Positions 29,157-39,356 of a DNA stretch of 64,000 bases are shown piece by piece. Each line of letters starts with the position of its first letter. Position 1 is the first letter of the stretch. Source of the stretch: an uncultured Chloroflexia bacterium (GTDB taxonomy: Bacteria > Chloroflexota > Limnocylindria > Limnocylindrales > CSP1-4); contig CAVQJC010000004.1 in the NCBI GenBank assembly GCA_963712745.1, positions 192,001 through 256,000 on the forward strand, read 5' to 3'. The position numbers and the translations under genes were made by a program. The notes below the pieces were generated by a model. That model did no database searches. It saw only the letters and a list, made by a program, of their open reading frames with translations, and had not been told where the DNA came from.

Positions 29157-30833
29157 CTAGTTCGAGCCCAGCACCGCCCTGACCAGCTTCTCCATCGGTT
29201 CGTCGGTAAGCCAGTTGCCCTGGTTCGAGAGCAGCACGACCGAGACGCCCGAGCCCGGGAAATACCACATCGAGGACTCGAAGCCGCGCAGGCCGCCGCG
29301 ATGTCCGTGCGCCCGATGGCCGGCGAACGAGGCGATGTCGGTGCCCAGCCCGTAGAGACCCGGCCGCAGGAACGTCGTCATCTGCGCCAGCGATGCCTCG
29401 TCGAGGACCTTGCCGCCATAGAGGGCGTCGGCCCACACCGACAGGTCGCGCGCGGTCGATGCGATGGCTCCCGCCGCGTCGGCCACGCTGGCCGCGGCCA
29501 TGAAGGGCAAGTACCTCGACTCGCCCGTGTGGTCGGTGTGGCCACCACCCCAGTTCCAGTGCCCGTGGGCGGCGTCGGCGGGCGGCTTCTCAGCCGGCTG
29601 GAAGTAGGTGTCCCGCAGGCCCAGCGGCTTGAAGAAGCGCTGGCGCAGCTGCTTGTGCAGGGGCTTGCCCTCCAGCGCCTCGGCCACCTTGCCCAGGATG
29701 ACGTAGTTCGTGTTCGAGTAGTGGTAGCACTTGCCGGGCTTGCAGTAGCCGTCCTTGACGAGGTCCATGATCTCTTCGTACGTCCAGCGATGATCGCGAG
29801 CCTTGAGGCCGCCGGCGTCGCGATCCTGCCACCAGGCGGTGGCCGCCTTGCCGTAGCGCGGGTTCTCGAAGTAGTTGTAGATCCCACTGGTGTGACTGAG
29901 CAGCTGGCGGAGGGTGACGGTGTTCTTGCGCGGCGCGTCGGCGAAGTACCTGCCGAAGGGTTCGTCGAGATCGACCTTGCCCTCCTCGGCCAGCTGCAGG
30001 ATGAGCGCAGCCACGAAGGTCTTGGTCACGCTGGCGATAGAGAAGACGGTGTCGTCCTCGATCGGCCGGTCCGGGCTGAACTCGGCCATGCCGGCGGTAC
30101 CCAGCCAGGTATCCCCCGAAGGCAGGCGCACGGCTGCCTGGAGACCGGACACACCCTTGTTCTTCACCCGGTTGCGCAGAACGCGGTCGAGCTTCCTGGT
30201 CGTCCGGCTGTCGAGCTCGGCACCGTCGCTTGCCGCGACCTCGATCAGCTCATCGGCAGCGGGGGAGGCCACCGAGGCAAGAGCGCCCGGCGGGGACTCC
30301 GTGGGTGCGGAGGTGGGGGGTGGAGCGGAGGTGGTCGCTGCTGCCATCGGGTCCTGTGTCGGCGGGACAGTCGGTGCAGGGCTCGGCGTAGCTGCGAGCT
30401 CGGGGCTCGGGGCAGCGGCGAGCTCGGCGCTCGGCACGGTGGGCCTGGCGCTCGGCACGGTCGGCTCGGAACTCGGCGCGGTCGGCCTGGCGCTCGGCAC
30501 GGTCGGCTCGGAACTCGGCGCGGTCGGCCTGGCGCTTGGCACGGTCGGCTCGGAACTCGGCGCGGTCGGCCTGGCGCTGGCCGAGGCTGCGAGCACGGCG
30601 CTCGAGACGGAGGCGGTCTCGGCGCCCGGCGTGGCTGCGGGCTCGAGGCTCGGTGTCGGGCCGGTGATGACCGCGTCACCCCGATCAGGAGTCGCCGCCG
30701 GCGCGGGAGTGGTCTGCGCCAGGACGGTCGGCCGGACCGTGGGCACGGGGGCCGGTTGTGAGGCCGTGGTCACGCAACCCACGAGGACACTCATGACGAG
30801 GGGCACGAGGGCATACGAAAGGCTCGCTCTCAC
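29157..30833 (-). CDS. lipoprotein serine hydrolase (beta-lactamase/DD-peptidase family) with Pro/Ser/Thr/Ala-rich linker
   Basis: Lipobox LVGC; SVTK (SxxK), YSN, GHRG motifs; start may be 30863. Confidence 0.9.
   Translation of the reverse strand: MRASLSYALVPLVMSVLVGCVTTASQPAPVPTVRPTVLAQTTPAPAATPDRGDAVITGPTPSLEPAATPGAETASVSSAVLAASASARPTAPSSEPTVPSARPTAPSSEPTVPSARPTAPSSEPTVPSARPTVPSAELAAAPSPELAATPSPAPTVPPTQDPMAAATTSAPPPTSAPTESPPGALASVASPAADELIEVAASDGAELDSRTTRKLDRVLRNRVKNKGVSGLQAAVRLPSGDTWLGTAGMAEFSPDRPIEDDTVFSIASVTKTFVAALILQLAEEGKVDLDEPFGRYFADAPRKNTVTLRQLLSHTSGIYNYFENPRYGKAATAWWQDRDAGGLKARDHRWTYEEIMDLVKDGYCKPGKCYHYSNTNYVILGKVAEALEGKPLHKQLRQRFFKPLGLRDTYFQPAEKPPADAAHGHWNWGGGHTDHTGESRYLPFMAAASVADAAGAIASTARDLSVWADALYGGKVLDEASLAQMTTFLRPGLYGLGTDIASFAGHRAHGHRGGLRGFESSMWYFPGSGVSVVLLSNQGNWLTDEPMEKLVRAVLGSN
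30442..30578. repeat. 42-bp coding tandem repeat x3.3 (ARPTAPSSEPTVPS)
   Basis: GGCCTGGCGCTCGGCACGGTCGGCTCGGAACTCGGCGCGGTC at 30442, 30484, 30526 plus partial copy at 30568. Confidence 0.95.
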
Positions 30834-31021
30834 TCCGAGAGGAGGGCGCCACGACATCACCAACGCACCCTACACCGCGGGTCGGGTCCTTGGGCGGGCG
30901 CCGGTTGAGTAGGGGTGGAATCGGCGTTGCGTTCCCGACATCGCTCTGGACGACCGCCGGGACGCTCACCCGCTGCGACCTTCAGGGCTACCCTGTCACG
31001 ACCAGCCCCAAGAAGGAATCC

Positions 31022-31642
31022 ATGACGAAGCTCCGCCGGCCGGCCATGCTCACGCTGACCGCCGTGCTGATTACGGCCGGGGTTGCCCTGGCCCAGGACG
31101 AGGTCGAGCCGAAGGCCTCGCCCGATCCGGCGCCAGCCGATGTGAGGCTGGAAGCTCTCGCGGCCCTGGTCCCGCCGACCCTGGGCGGGCATCCGCTGGC
31201 CGACGGCCTCCAACTCGCGACCGGAGAGGAGTTGCTCACGGTGATGGGCCCGGAGGAGGCCGACGCCGTCCTGGACCTGCTCGGCGACCAGGGCAAGACC
31301 ACCACTGACTACGCTGTCGCGACCACGGTGCTGACACTCGACGATGGTTCGCTCGTCGTGGTCCAGGCTCACCGCGTCGAGGACATCGACGCCTCGCGCA
31401 CGATCGCCGGCTGGCTGGACGTCCTCTCGGTGAGCCTCGATCGACCCGAGACGACCCAGGGCATCGTGGCCGGCCGCGGGGTCACGCTCCTGAGCGACGC
31501 GGCCTTGCCGCAAGTGCCGCCGCTCTACCTCTTCTCCGCCGACGACACCGTGTGGATGGTCCTGGCTGCCGACGAGTCACTGGTGGAGGAGGCCATGGAG
31601 GCGGTCGGTGCCGATGGGGCCGAGGAGGAGACCGCCGCCTGA
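31022..31642 (+). CDS. secreted acidic hypothetical protein
   Basis: AAGGA RBS; signal peptide MTKLRRPAMLTLTAVLITAGVALA-Q. Confidence 0.75.
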   Translation: MTKLRRPAMLTLTAVLITAGVALAQDEVEPKASPDPAPADVRLEALAALVPPTLGGHPLADGLQLATGEELLTVMGPEEADAVLDLLGDQGKTTTDYAVATTVLTLDDGSLVVVQAHRVEDIDASRTIAGWLDVLSVSLDRPETTQGIVAGRGVTLLSDAALPQVPPLYLFSADDTVWMVLAADESLVEEAMEAVGADGAEEETAA

Positions 31643-31703
31643 CGGGCTCCACGATGCTGGCGCGGACGTTCGGTTGCAGCGCCTTCGGTACACTCGCACG
31701 ACG

Positions 31704-33956
31704 ATGACCAGCCCTGCGACCGAGAAGGCCGATGCCGCTGCCGCGAAGGGTGCGGCCAAAGACGCGCGCGCCAAGCGGCGTGCCCGGCCTGAGCCGGTAG
31801 AGGATTTCTCGCCCGCGGGTATGCAGCGCATGCTCGAGGAGGTGGAGCAGGAACTCCACGCCCGCTATCCTCAGGCCGACCTCTCGTCGGTCGCGGCCTC
31901 CTACGCCTTCGCCATCGAGGCGCATGGTGACCAGAAGCGTATCAGCGGGGAGCCCTACGTCAGCCACCCCCTGGCCGTGGCCAAGATCCTGGCCGAGCTG
32001 GGACTCGATCCCGTCGCCGTCACCGCCGCGTTCGTGCACGACGTCCCCGAGGACACCGAGTACTCCCTCGGCGATGTGGAGGAGCGATTCGGAGCGGATG
32101 TCGCGAGACTCGTCGACGGCGTCACCAAGCTGGGCAAGTTCAGCACGCTGACCCATGAACAGCAGCAGGCCGAGAACATCCGCAAGATGTTCCTGGCCAT
32201 GGCCGAGGACATCCGCGTCGTCCTCATCAAACTGGCCGACCGCCTTCACAACATGCGCACGCTCGCGTCACTGCCGCCGGCCAAGCAGCTGCGCATCGCC
32301 CGCCAGACCGCCGAGATCTACGCACCCCTGGCCGAGCGACTCGGCATCTGGCAGATGAAGTGGGAGCTCGAGGACCTCTCGTTCAAGTACATCGACCCCG
32401 AGGCATACCGTGAGCTGGCGGGGCAGTTGGAGACGCATCGCAGGGCCCGCGAGGCCTACGTCATACGCGCCATGGATGTCTTGCAGGAGGCGCTGCTGGA
32501 GTCGGGCATCGAAGCGGAGCTCTCGGGCCGACCCAAGCATATCTACAGCATCTACAAGAAGATGCAGCGCAAGCGGGCCGAGTTCGGCGAGATCTACGAC
32601 GTCCACGCCCTGCGGGTCCTGGTCGGAGACGTGCGCGAGTGCTACGCCGCTCTGGGAGTGGTCCATTCGCTGTGGCGACCCATCCCGGGGCAGTTCGATG
32701 ACTACATCGCCATGCCCAAGAACAACATGTACCAGAGCCTCCACACCGCTGTGGTGGCCCTCGACGGCAAACCGCTGGAGGTGCAGATCCGCTCCCAGGA
32801 CATGCACCGCGTGTCGGAGGTCGGAATCGCCGCCCACTGGCGATACAAGGAGGGCTCGCGCTCGGACCGCGCCTACGACGCCAAGCTGGCCTGGGTGCGC
32901 CAGCTCATGGAATGGCAGCTGGACGTCTCGGATGCCACGGAGTTCATCGAGGGCGTCAAGCTCGACATCTTCCAGGATCAGGTCTTCGTCTTCACGCCTG
33001 CCGGGGACGTCAAGGACATGCCGGCTGGCGCCACTCCGCTCGACTTCGCCTACCGCATCCACACCGAGGTCGGCCACGCCTGCATCGGAGCCAAGGTGAA
33101 CAACCGCCTGGTGCCGCTCGACTACAAGCTCAAGAATGGCGACATCGTGGAGATCGTCACCACCAAGAGCGCACACGGGCCGTCTCGTGACTGGCTCAAC
33201 ATCGTCACCACCAGTCACGCCCGCGAGAAGATCCGCCAGTGGTTCAAGCGCCAGCAACGCGACGAGAACATCGCCCACGGCAAGCAGGTGCTCGACCGGG
33301 AGCTGCACCGACTGGCACGGACGAGCCTCGACGCGGTGCCGCACGACAAGCTCGAGGAGCTGGCCGAACAGCACAATCTCAAGTCCGTGGACGACTTCTT
33401 GGCGGCCGTCGGTTACGGCCAGATCGGGGCCCAGCAGATCGTCTCGCGCCTCGGCGTCGTGGACGACGTCGACGAGGTCCAGCTGCCACAGGTGGCGCCG
33501 CCCCCACCCCAGCCGGGTGGTGTGCGGGTCAGGGGCGTCGGGGACCTGCTGGTGCGCTTCAGCAAGTGCTGCCATCCCATCCCGGGTGACCCCATCATGG
33601 GCTTCATCACCCGCGGCCGCGGCGTGACCGTCCACCTCGCCACCTGCCCCACCGTGGTCAACGAGCGCGCCGTCGAACGGCTCATCGACGTGGAATGGGA
33701 GACCGCAGCCCAGCAGACGTATCCCATCGCCATCCTCATCGAGGCCTACGACCGCACCGGCCTGCTGAGCGAGATAAGCCATGTCATGGCCGAGGACAAG
33801 ATCAACATCGTGGCCGCCTCGGTGCGCGTGCACAAGGATCACCGCGCGACGGTGCAGGCGACGCTCGAGGTCTCGTCGGTGGCCCAGCTCTCGCGCGTGA
33901 TGGCGCACCTGGAGCAGCTGAAGGATGTCTACTCGGTCCAGCGCGACCGCACCTAG
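31704..33956 (+). CDS. rel: bifunctional (p)ppGpp synthetase/hydrolase (long RSH)
   Basis: SGEPY..HP, HDVPED, KLADRLHNMRT, RPKHIYS, YQSLHT, TGS (ATPLDFAY), KCCHP, ACT domain. Confidence 0.97.
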   Translation: MTSPATEKADAAAAKGAAKDARAKRRARPEPVEDFSPAGMQRMLEEVEQELHARYPQADLSSVAASYAFAIEAHGDQKRISGEPYVSHPLAVAKILAELGLDPVAVTAAFVHDVPEDTEYSLGDVEERFGADVARLVDGVTKLGKFSTLTHEQQQAENIRKMFLAMAEDIRVVLIKLADRLHNMRTLASLPPAKQLRIARQTAEIYAPLAERLGIWQMKWELEDLSFKYIDPEAYRELAGQLETHRRAREAYVIRAMDVLQEALLESGIEAELSGRPKHIYSIYKKMQRKRAEFGEIYDVHALRVLVGDVRECYAALGVVHSLWRPIPGQFDDYIAMPKNNMYQSLHTAVVALDGKPLEVQIRSQDMHRVSEVGIAAHWRYKEGSRSDRAYDAKLAWVRQLMEWQLDVSDATEFIEGVKLDIFQDQVFVFTPAGDVKDMPAGATPLDFAYRIHTEVGHACIGAKVNNRLVPLDYKLKNGDIVEIVTTKSAHGPSRDWLNIVTTSHAREKIRQWFKRQQRDENIAHGKQVLDRELHRLARTSLDAVPHDKLEELAEQHNLKSVDDFLAAVGYGQIGAQQIVSRLGVVDDVDEVQLPQVAPPPPQPGGVRVRGVGDLLVRFSKCCHPIPGDPIMGFITRGRGVTVHLATCPTVVNERAVERLIDVEWETAAQQTYPIAILIEAYDRTGLLSEISHVMAEDKINIVAASVRVHKDHRATVQATLEVSSVAQLSRVMAHLEQLKDVYSVQRDRT

Positions 33957-34014
33957 CAGCGGGACCACTCCGGGCAGCGCGGGCCGGTCCCCTCCGAGCG
34001 TCCGCCGACGCCGC

Positions 34015-34020
34015 TAGACT
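34015..34020 (+). promoter_or_regulatory. -10 box TAGACT of leaderless hisS
   Basis: TAGACT 8 nt upstream of ATG 34029, no SD. Confidence 0.6.
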
Positions 34021-34028
34021 CGCAGGCG

Positions 34029-35330
34029 ATGCCCAAGCTCCAAGCCCCGCGGGGCACCCGCGACCTGCTGCCGAGCGAGCGCGCGGTCTTCCTGCGCCTC
34101 GAGGACACTGCCCGTGACCTGGCCATGCGCTATGGCTACGGGCCCATCGAGACGCCCATGTTCGAAGGCTCGGACGTCTTCGAACGCGGAGTCGGCGCGG
34201 TCACCGACGTGGTCGAGAAGGAGCTCTTTCGCGTGCAGGCCGGGCGGGGCGAGTCGGAGCGCGAGCGCTGGGCCCTGCGCCCCGAGCCAACGGCCGGCAT
34301 CGTCCGTGCCTATGTCCAGCACGGTATGCGCACCTGGCCCCAGCCAGTGAAGCTGACCATGACCGGCCCGATGTTCCGCTACGACCGGCCCCAGGCCGGC
34401 CGCTACCGCCAGTTCTGGCAGTTCGACGTGGAGGCCATCGGCGACCCGGGGCCGGCCATCGACGCGGAGATCATCGAACTGGCCATGGCCTTCTTCGGGG
34501 CCGTGGGCCTGGCCGACGTGCAGGTGCTGCTCAATTCCATCGGCGACGTCTCGTGCCGGCCGGACTTCATGGCGGCGCTCACCACGTACTTCCGCCGCCA
34601 CCAGGATGAGCTGCCAGAGCTGGAACGGGCTCGGCTCGAGACCAATCCGCTACGCCTGCTCGATTCCAAGGACGAGCGCATGCAGGCCCTGATCACAGCG
34701 GCGCCGACTATCACCGATCATCTCTGCCACGACTGCCAGGCCCACCTTGACGGACTGCTCGGGCACCTCCAGGGCGTCTCGATCGAGCCCCGACTCGAAC
34801 CGACCCTCGTGCGCGGCCTGGATTACTACACCCGCACCGCCTTCGAGTTCTACCGATCGGGGACGGAGGGGCAGCAGCAGGCGCTCGGCGGGGGCGGCCG
34901 ATACGACGGGCTGGTGGAGTTGCTTGGCGGCCAGCCGACGCCGGGCATCGGGTTCGGCATCGGGCTGGACCGCGTCGCCATCGCGCTCGCCGAGCAGGAT
35001 GCGGCACCGGCGAGCGAACCGTGGAGGCCTGCCGTGGTGGTGGTCGGCGCAGACCCCGAGGACACGGTCGTCCGGTTGCAGCTGGCCACGGAGTTGCGCG
35101 GTGCCGGGCTGGCCTGCCGGGCTGACCTCACCTCGCGCCGGCTGGGCAAGCAGCTCGACGGTGCGGCCAAGGCCGGCGCTCATTTCGTCGTCATCTGCGG
35201 CGACGAGCTCGAGACTGGTCACGTGCAGGTGAAGGACCTGCAGGCTGGCACCCAACGCCAGGTCGACGTCACCGAGCTCGCCCGGGATCTCACCCGCGCC
35301 CACGCCCAGCACCGACATGGTGAGGAGTGA
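34029..35330 (+). CDS. hisS: histidine--tRNA ligase
   Basis: PRGTRD, LRPEPTA, FRYDRPQAGRYRQF, LVRGLDYY, GGGRYDGL. Confidence 0.98.
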   Translation: MPKLQAPRGTRDLLPSERAVFLRLEDTARDLAMRYGYGPIETPMFEGSDVFERGVGAVTDVVEKELFRVQAGRGESERERWALRPEPTAGIVRAYVQHGMRTWPQPVKLTMTGPMFRYDRPQAGRYRQFWQFDVEAIGDPGPAIDAEIIELAMAFFGAVGLADVQVLLNSIGDVSCRPDFMAALTTYFRRHQDELPELERARLETNPLRLLDSKDERMQALITAAPTITDHLCHDCQAHLDGLLGHLQGVSIEPRLEPTLVRGLDYYTRTAFEFYRSGTEGQQQALGGGGRYDGLVELLGGQPTPGIGFGIGLDRVAIALAEQDAAPASEPWRPAVVVVGADPEDTVVRLQLATELRGAGLACRADLTSRRLGKQLDGAAKAGAHFVVICGDELETGHVQVKDLQAGTQRQVDVTELARDLTRAHAQHRHGEE

Positions 35331-35360
35331 GCGGCGAGTGAAGGGGCCCGAGGTCGCCAC

Positions 35361-36425
35361 GTGACCTTGTCGCTGCGCGAGGCGACCGACGCCGACCGTG
35401 CCGACTGGACCGCCTTCGTGGCCTCCCAGCCCGAGGGCGACTTGCTGCAATCCTGGGCCTGGGGCGAGGCCGGGGCCGGTGAACCGGGCGAACACTGGTC
35501 ACGACTGGCGGTCGTGGACGGCGGTGGCCATATCCGCGGTGTGGCCCAGATGCTCGACCGCGCCACATCCCTCGGACGCACCGTGGCCTATGTGCCGCAT
35601 GGACCGCTCTGGGATCGCGGTTCCCCTGACGCCGCCGAGGTGCTGGCCCGGCTGCTCGCGGGTGTCAAGAGTCACGCCAAGCGACGACGGGGGATCGTGC
35701 TGAAGCTCGATCCGCGGGGCTCGGGTGACACGGCCGCGGACGCAGCCGTGCGACGAGCCCTGCTGGCCAACGCTCAGCTCGCGGCCCACGACCTGCAGGC
35801 GCCGACCACGCGAGTGATCGACCTCCGGACCGCTGATGACCCGGTCGCGAGCTGGTCCAAGGACGCGCGCGCCGAAGCCCGGCGAGCGGAACGCGAGGGC
35901 ACCACCGTCACCGTCGACCGCAACGCCGACCCGACCGCGCTCGACACTTTCCACGCCCTCCTCGCCGAGACCTCGGAACGCTCCGGCTTCCGCATCCGTC
36001 GGCGATCGTTCCTGGCCGCCCTGGCAGAGCCGCTGGCTGCTACCGGCGACTGGTTCCTGGCCCTCGCCGAGCACGATGGCAAGCCTCTGGCGGGCGCCGT
36101 GGCGCCGCGCACCGGCGACCGCGCCTACTACCTGTACGCGGCTTCGACGCGGGACAGGGAGCTGTCGAAGAAGCGCGGGCCCTACGCCGCCATGGCCGGC
36201 CTGCAGCGAGCCCTACGCGAGGCGGACACGGCCACGCTCGACCTGTGGGGTGTGCGTGAGCCCGATGACGAGACAGTGGATCCGTCGTGGGAGGGCTTCA
36301 GCCTCTTCAAGCGGCGGTTCGGCGGCACCCCGATGCGCCACCCCGGCACCTTCGACATCGTCGTCGATCCGACCTGGAACCGCCTCCGGGATCTGCGCGA
36401 GCGGCTCCGCGGCGTCGCGCGGTGA
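35361..36425 (+). CDS. third FemAB/FemX-like peptidyl transferase
   Basis: DLLQSWAWG, YVPHGP, ETSERSGF, YLYAAS, LDLWG, FKRRFGG. Confidence 0.87.
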   Translation: MTLSLREATDADRADWTAFVASQPEGDLLQSWAWGEAGAGEPGEHWSRLAVVDGGGHIRGVAQMLDRATSLGRTVAYVPHGPLWDRGSPDAAEVLARLLAGVKSHAKRRRGIVLKLDPRGSGDTAADAAVRRALLANAQLAAHDLQAPTTRVIDLRTADDPVASWSKDARAEARRAEREGTTVTVDRNADPTALDTFHALLAETSERSGFRIRRRSFLAALAEPLAATGDWFLALAEHDGKPLAGAVAPRTGDRAYYLYAASTRDRELSKKRGPYAAMAGLQRALREADTATLDLWGVREPDDETVDPSWEGFSLFKRRFGGTPMRHPGTFDIVVDPTWNRLRDLRERLRGVAR

Positions 36426-37381
36426 CGAACGGGCCGCGAGGGGAAGCGGCCGGACGTCGACCGCTCGAGCTCTTCGATCGCGTTCCCCGCACCGCCGCGG
36501 CTGCGGCGGCGGTGGGCATCTCCTTCGCGGCCATCCTGTTCGTGCTCTCCGACGCCTCTCCCAGCACGGCCACGGTCTTCCGCTGCCTCTACGCTCTGCC
36601 GCTGCTGTGGTTGCTGATGCGACGTGAGGACGCGGCCTACGGCCGCAGGCCCCGGAGTGCTCGGCGCTGGGCCTTCCTGGCCGGCGTCTTCTTCGCGGGA
36701 GACCTGCTGCTCTTTCACCACGCCATCCTGCTCATGGGGGCGGGCCTGGCGACCGTCATCGTCAACGTGCAGGTCGTCATCGTCATGATCGCAGCCTGGT
36801 TCATCTGGCATGAGCGTCCAGGCCTGGCACAGGTCGTGGCCGTGCCCATCGCCCTCGGCGGCATCGTACTCATCAGCGGCGTGCTGAGTGCGGATGCCTA
36901 CGGCGATGATCCGTTTCTGGGCACGCTGCTGGGCATCCTGACCGCCGTCTGTTACGCGGGCTACCTGCTCTTGCTGCGCAAGGGCCGCGACCGTAGCCGC
37001 GCTGCCGGCCCCATCTTCGACTCGACCGTCGCCTGCCTGCTGACCGCGCTGGTGGCCGGGCTGGTGGTAGGCGATCTCGACCCCCTGCCGCCACTGCCTA
37101 CGCAGGTCTGGCTGCTGCTGCTGGCCCTGACGGCGCAGGTCGCCGGCCAGGTCATGATCGCCGTCGCCCTGCCGCGCCTGCCGGCAGCCACGACCTCGCT
37201 CATCCTGCTCATCCAGCCGGTACTGGCCACCATCTTCGCCATGCTCATCCTGGCCGAAGCGCCGTCCGCGGCGCAGCTGGTGGGCGTGGTGCTCGTCATC
37301 GGCGGCGTGCTCCTTGGCTCATCGCGCGGCCGCCACACGTCCCCGGCCGCGACCACCCCTATCACCACCGCCGCTACGTAG
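36422..37381 (+). CDS. DMT/EamA family transporter
   Basis: ~10 TM helices, two EamA repeats; GTGA overlap. Confidence 0.9.
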   Translation: MTNGPRGEAAGRRPLELFDRVPRTAAAAAAVGISFAAILFVLSDASPSTATVFRCLYALPLLWLLMRREDAAYGRRPRSARRWAFLAGVFFAGDLLLFHHAILLMGAGLATVIVNVQVVIVMIAAWFIWHERPGLAQVVAVPIALGGIVLISGVLSADAYGDDPFLGTLLGILTAVCYAGYLLLLRKGRDRSRAAGPIFDSTVACLLTALVAGLVVGDLDPLPPLPTQVWLLLLALTAQVAGQVMIAVALPRLPAATTSLILLIQPVLATIFAMLILAEAPSAAQLVGVVLVIGGVLLGSSRGRHTSPAATTPITTAAT

Positions 37382-37443
37382 GCCCGGCGCGAGGGCTACC
37401 ATGAGCACTCCCATCCATCCCGCCGTTCGATGTGTGCCACCCC

Positions 37444-39276
37444 GTGAAATCGACCTCCTACCGTGACCTCACCTGTGCCGACGCCCGTCTCGAGGACGTA
37501 GGCAAGTCCGCCACCCTTGCCGGCTGGGTCAACCGGCGCCGCGACCTGGGCCAGCTCATCTTCCTGGACCTGCGCGACCGCTACGGCATCACCCAGGTCG
37601 TCATCGACAATGCCGACTCAGCGGCTGCCCATGACATCGCCGAGACCGTGCGCGGCGAATACGTGGTCCGCGTCAGCGGCACCATCACCAGGCGGTTGAA
37701 GGGCATGGAGAACGAGAAGCTCGAGACGGGCGCCGTCGAGCTGCGCGCCACCGACATCGAGATCCTCGCGGTGGCCCAGACGCCGCCCTTCGTCATCAAC
37801 GCCCCGGAGGCGGAGGTCGACGAGTCGATCCGGCTCAAGTACCGCTACCTCGACCTGCGACGCGAGCCCCTGCAGCAGCGCATCGTGGCCCGGAGCAGGC
37901 TGGTCAAGGCCATCCGTGACGCCCACGACGAGGCCGGGTTCGTGGAGATCGAGACGCCCCTGCTCATCAAGTCGACGCCCGAGGGAGCTCGCGACTTCAT
38001 CGTGCCCTCCCGGCTCCAGCCGGGCTCCGTCTACGCCCTGCCCCAGAGCCCGCAGCAGATGAAGCAGCTGCTGATGGTCAGCGGCTTCGATCGCTACTAC
38101 CAGATCGCCCGCTGCCTGCGCGACGAAGACCTGCGCGGCGACCGCCAGCCCGAGTTCACCCAGCTCGACCTCGAGATGAGCTTCGTCGACGACGCCGACG
38201 TCATGGCCTGGGTCGAGGAGATGGCGCTGGCCGTGACCCGCTCCGTGGCTCCCGGGCGGCCCCTGCTCAACGACCCCTTCCCTCGCTTCACCTACCGCGA
38301 GGCCATCGACCGCTTCGGATCGGACAAGCCCGACGTGCGCTACGGCATGGAGCTGCACGACCTCGGGGAGCCGGCCCGGGCCTCGGGCTTCAGGGTCTTC
38401 GAATCGGTGCTGGCCCAGGGTGGCCGGGTCTTCGGCTTCGCGGCCCCGGACCTGGGCGGCGTGACCCGCAAGCAGATCGACGAGCTGACCGAGCGTGCCC
38501 GCAAGGCCGGCGCCGGCGGCCTGGTCTGGCTGGCACTCGACGGCGAGGGCGGGATCCGCGGCTCCATCGTCAAGATCGTGGGCGAGGACATGAGCCACAA
38601 GCTGGCCGCCGAGGCCGGAGCGCGCAACGGCGATCTCGTGCTCATCGTGGCCGATGAGGACATCACTGCTCAGGAGGTCCTGGGCAGCCTGCGCGTCGAG
38701 CTGGCCGAGCGCAACGCCATGTACGATCGCGCCATCCTCAGCTACGTCTGGGTCTACCAGTTCCCGATGTACCAGTGGGACGACGACAACGCGCGTTGGG
38801 ACGCGACGCACAACCCCTTCAGCGCGGTCCTGCCCGAGGACGAGGATCTGCTGACCACCGTGTCGGGCGACCCGCTCGTGGCCAGCCACGAGGACCCCGC
38901 CGGCCGCGCACGCGCGCAGCAATACGACATCGCCCTCAACGGCTGGGAGCTGGGTGGTGGTTCGGTCCGTTTCCATACGCGCGAGATGCTCTCGAAGTCG
39001 TTCTCACTCATGGGGCACTCGGCCGAGGCCCAGGAGGAACAGTTCAGCGGCATCCTCGAGGCCTTCGAATACGGCGCTCCGCCACACGGCGGCATCGCGC
39101 TCGGCGTCGACCGCTGGATCGCGCTGCTGACCGACCAGTCCAACATCCGCGAGGTCATGGCCTTCCCCAAGACCTCGTCGGGGTCTGACCTCATGCTCGA
39201 TGCGCCGTCGCCGGTGCATCCCGAGCAGCTCGACGAGCTGGGCCTGGCGCTGAAACCACCCAAGCTGGGCCGGTAG
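37444..39276 (+). CDS. aspS: aspartate--tRNA ligase
   Basis: GWV.RRRDLG.LIFLDLRD, STPEGARDF, LPQSPQ, RQPEFTQLD, GAPPHGG.A.G.DR. Confidence 0.98.
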   Translation: MKSTSYRDLTCADARLEDVGKSATLAGWVNRRRDLGQLIFLDLRDRYGITQVVIDNADSAAAHDIAETVRGEYVVRVSGTITRRLKGMENEKLETGAVELRATDIEILAVAQTPPFVINAPEAEVDESIRLKYRYLDLRREPLQQRIVARSRLVKAIRDAHDEAGFVEIETPLLIKSTPEGARDFIVPSRLQPGSVYALPQSPQQMKQLLMVSGFDRYYQIARCLRDEDLRGDRQPEFTQLDLEMSFVDDADVMAWVEEMALAVTRSVAPGRPLLNDPFPRFTYREAIDRFGSDKPDVRYGMELHDLGEPARASGFRVFESVLAQGGRVFGFAAPDLGGVTRKQIDELTERARKAGAGGLVWLALDGEGGIRGSIVKIVGEDMSHKLAAEAGARNGDLVLIVADEDITAQEVLGSLRVELAERNAMYDRAILSYVWVYQFPMYQWDDDNARWDATHNPFSAVLPEDEDLLTTVSGDPLVASHEDPAGRARAQQYDIALNGWELGGGSVRFHTREMLSKSFSLMGHSAEAQEEQFSGILEAFEYGAPPHGGIALGVDRWIALLTDQSNIREVMAFPKTSSGSDLMLDAPSPVHPEQLDELGLALKPPKLGR

Positions 39277-39356
39277 GCCTCGACGGCCGAGCTGCCCCGC
39301 GAGCGCGACCGCCGCTCCGGACCAGGAGTGGTCGAGCGGAGCCTTCGCCCCTGGCG

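Noticed and set aside
27376-29436. Long antisense or alternate-frame ORFs (e.g. 27376-29436, 32268-33968, 52778-54658, 55284-56936, 59973-61742)
   Set aside because: Stop-poor shadows of well-supported genes in high-GC DNA
30442-30578. Possible CRISPR array
   Set aside because: Contiguous in-frame tandem units without unique spacers; no cas genes in the window
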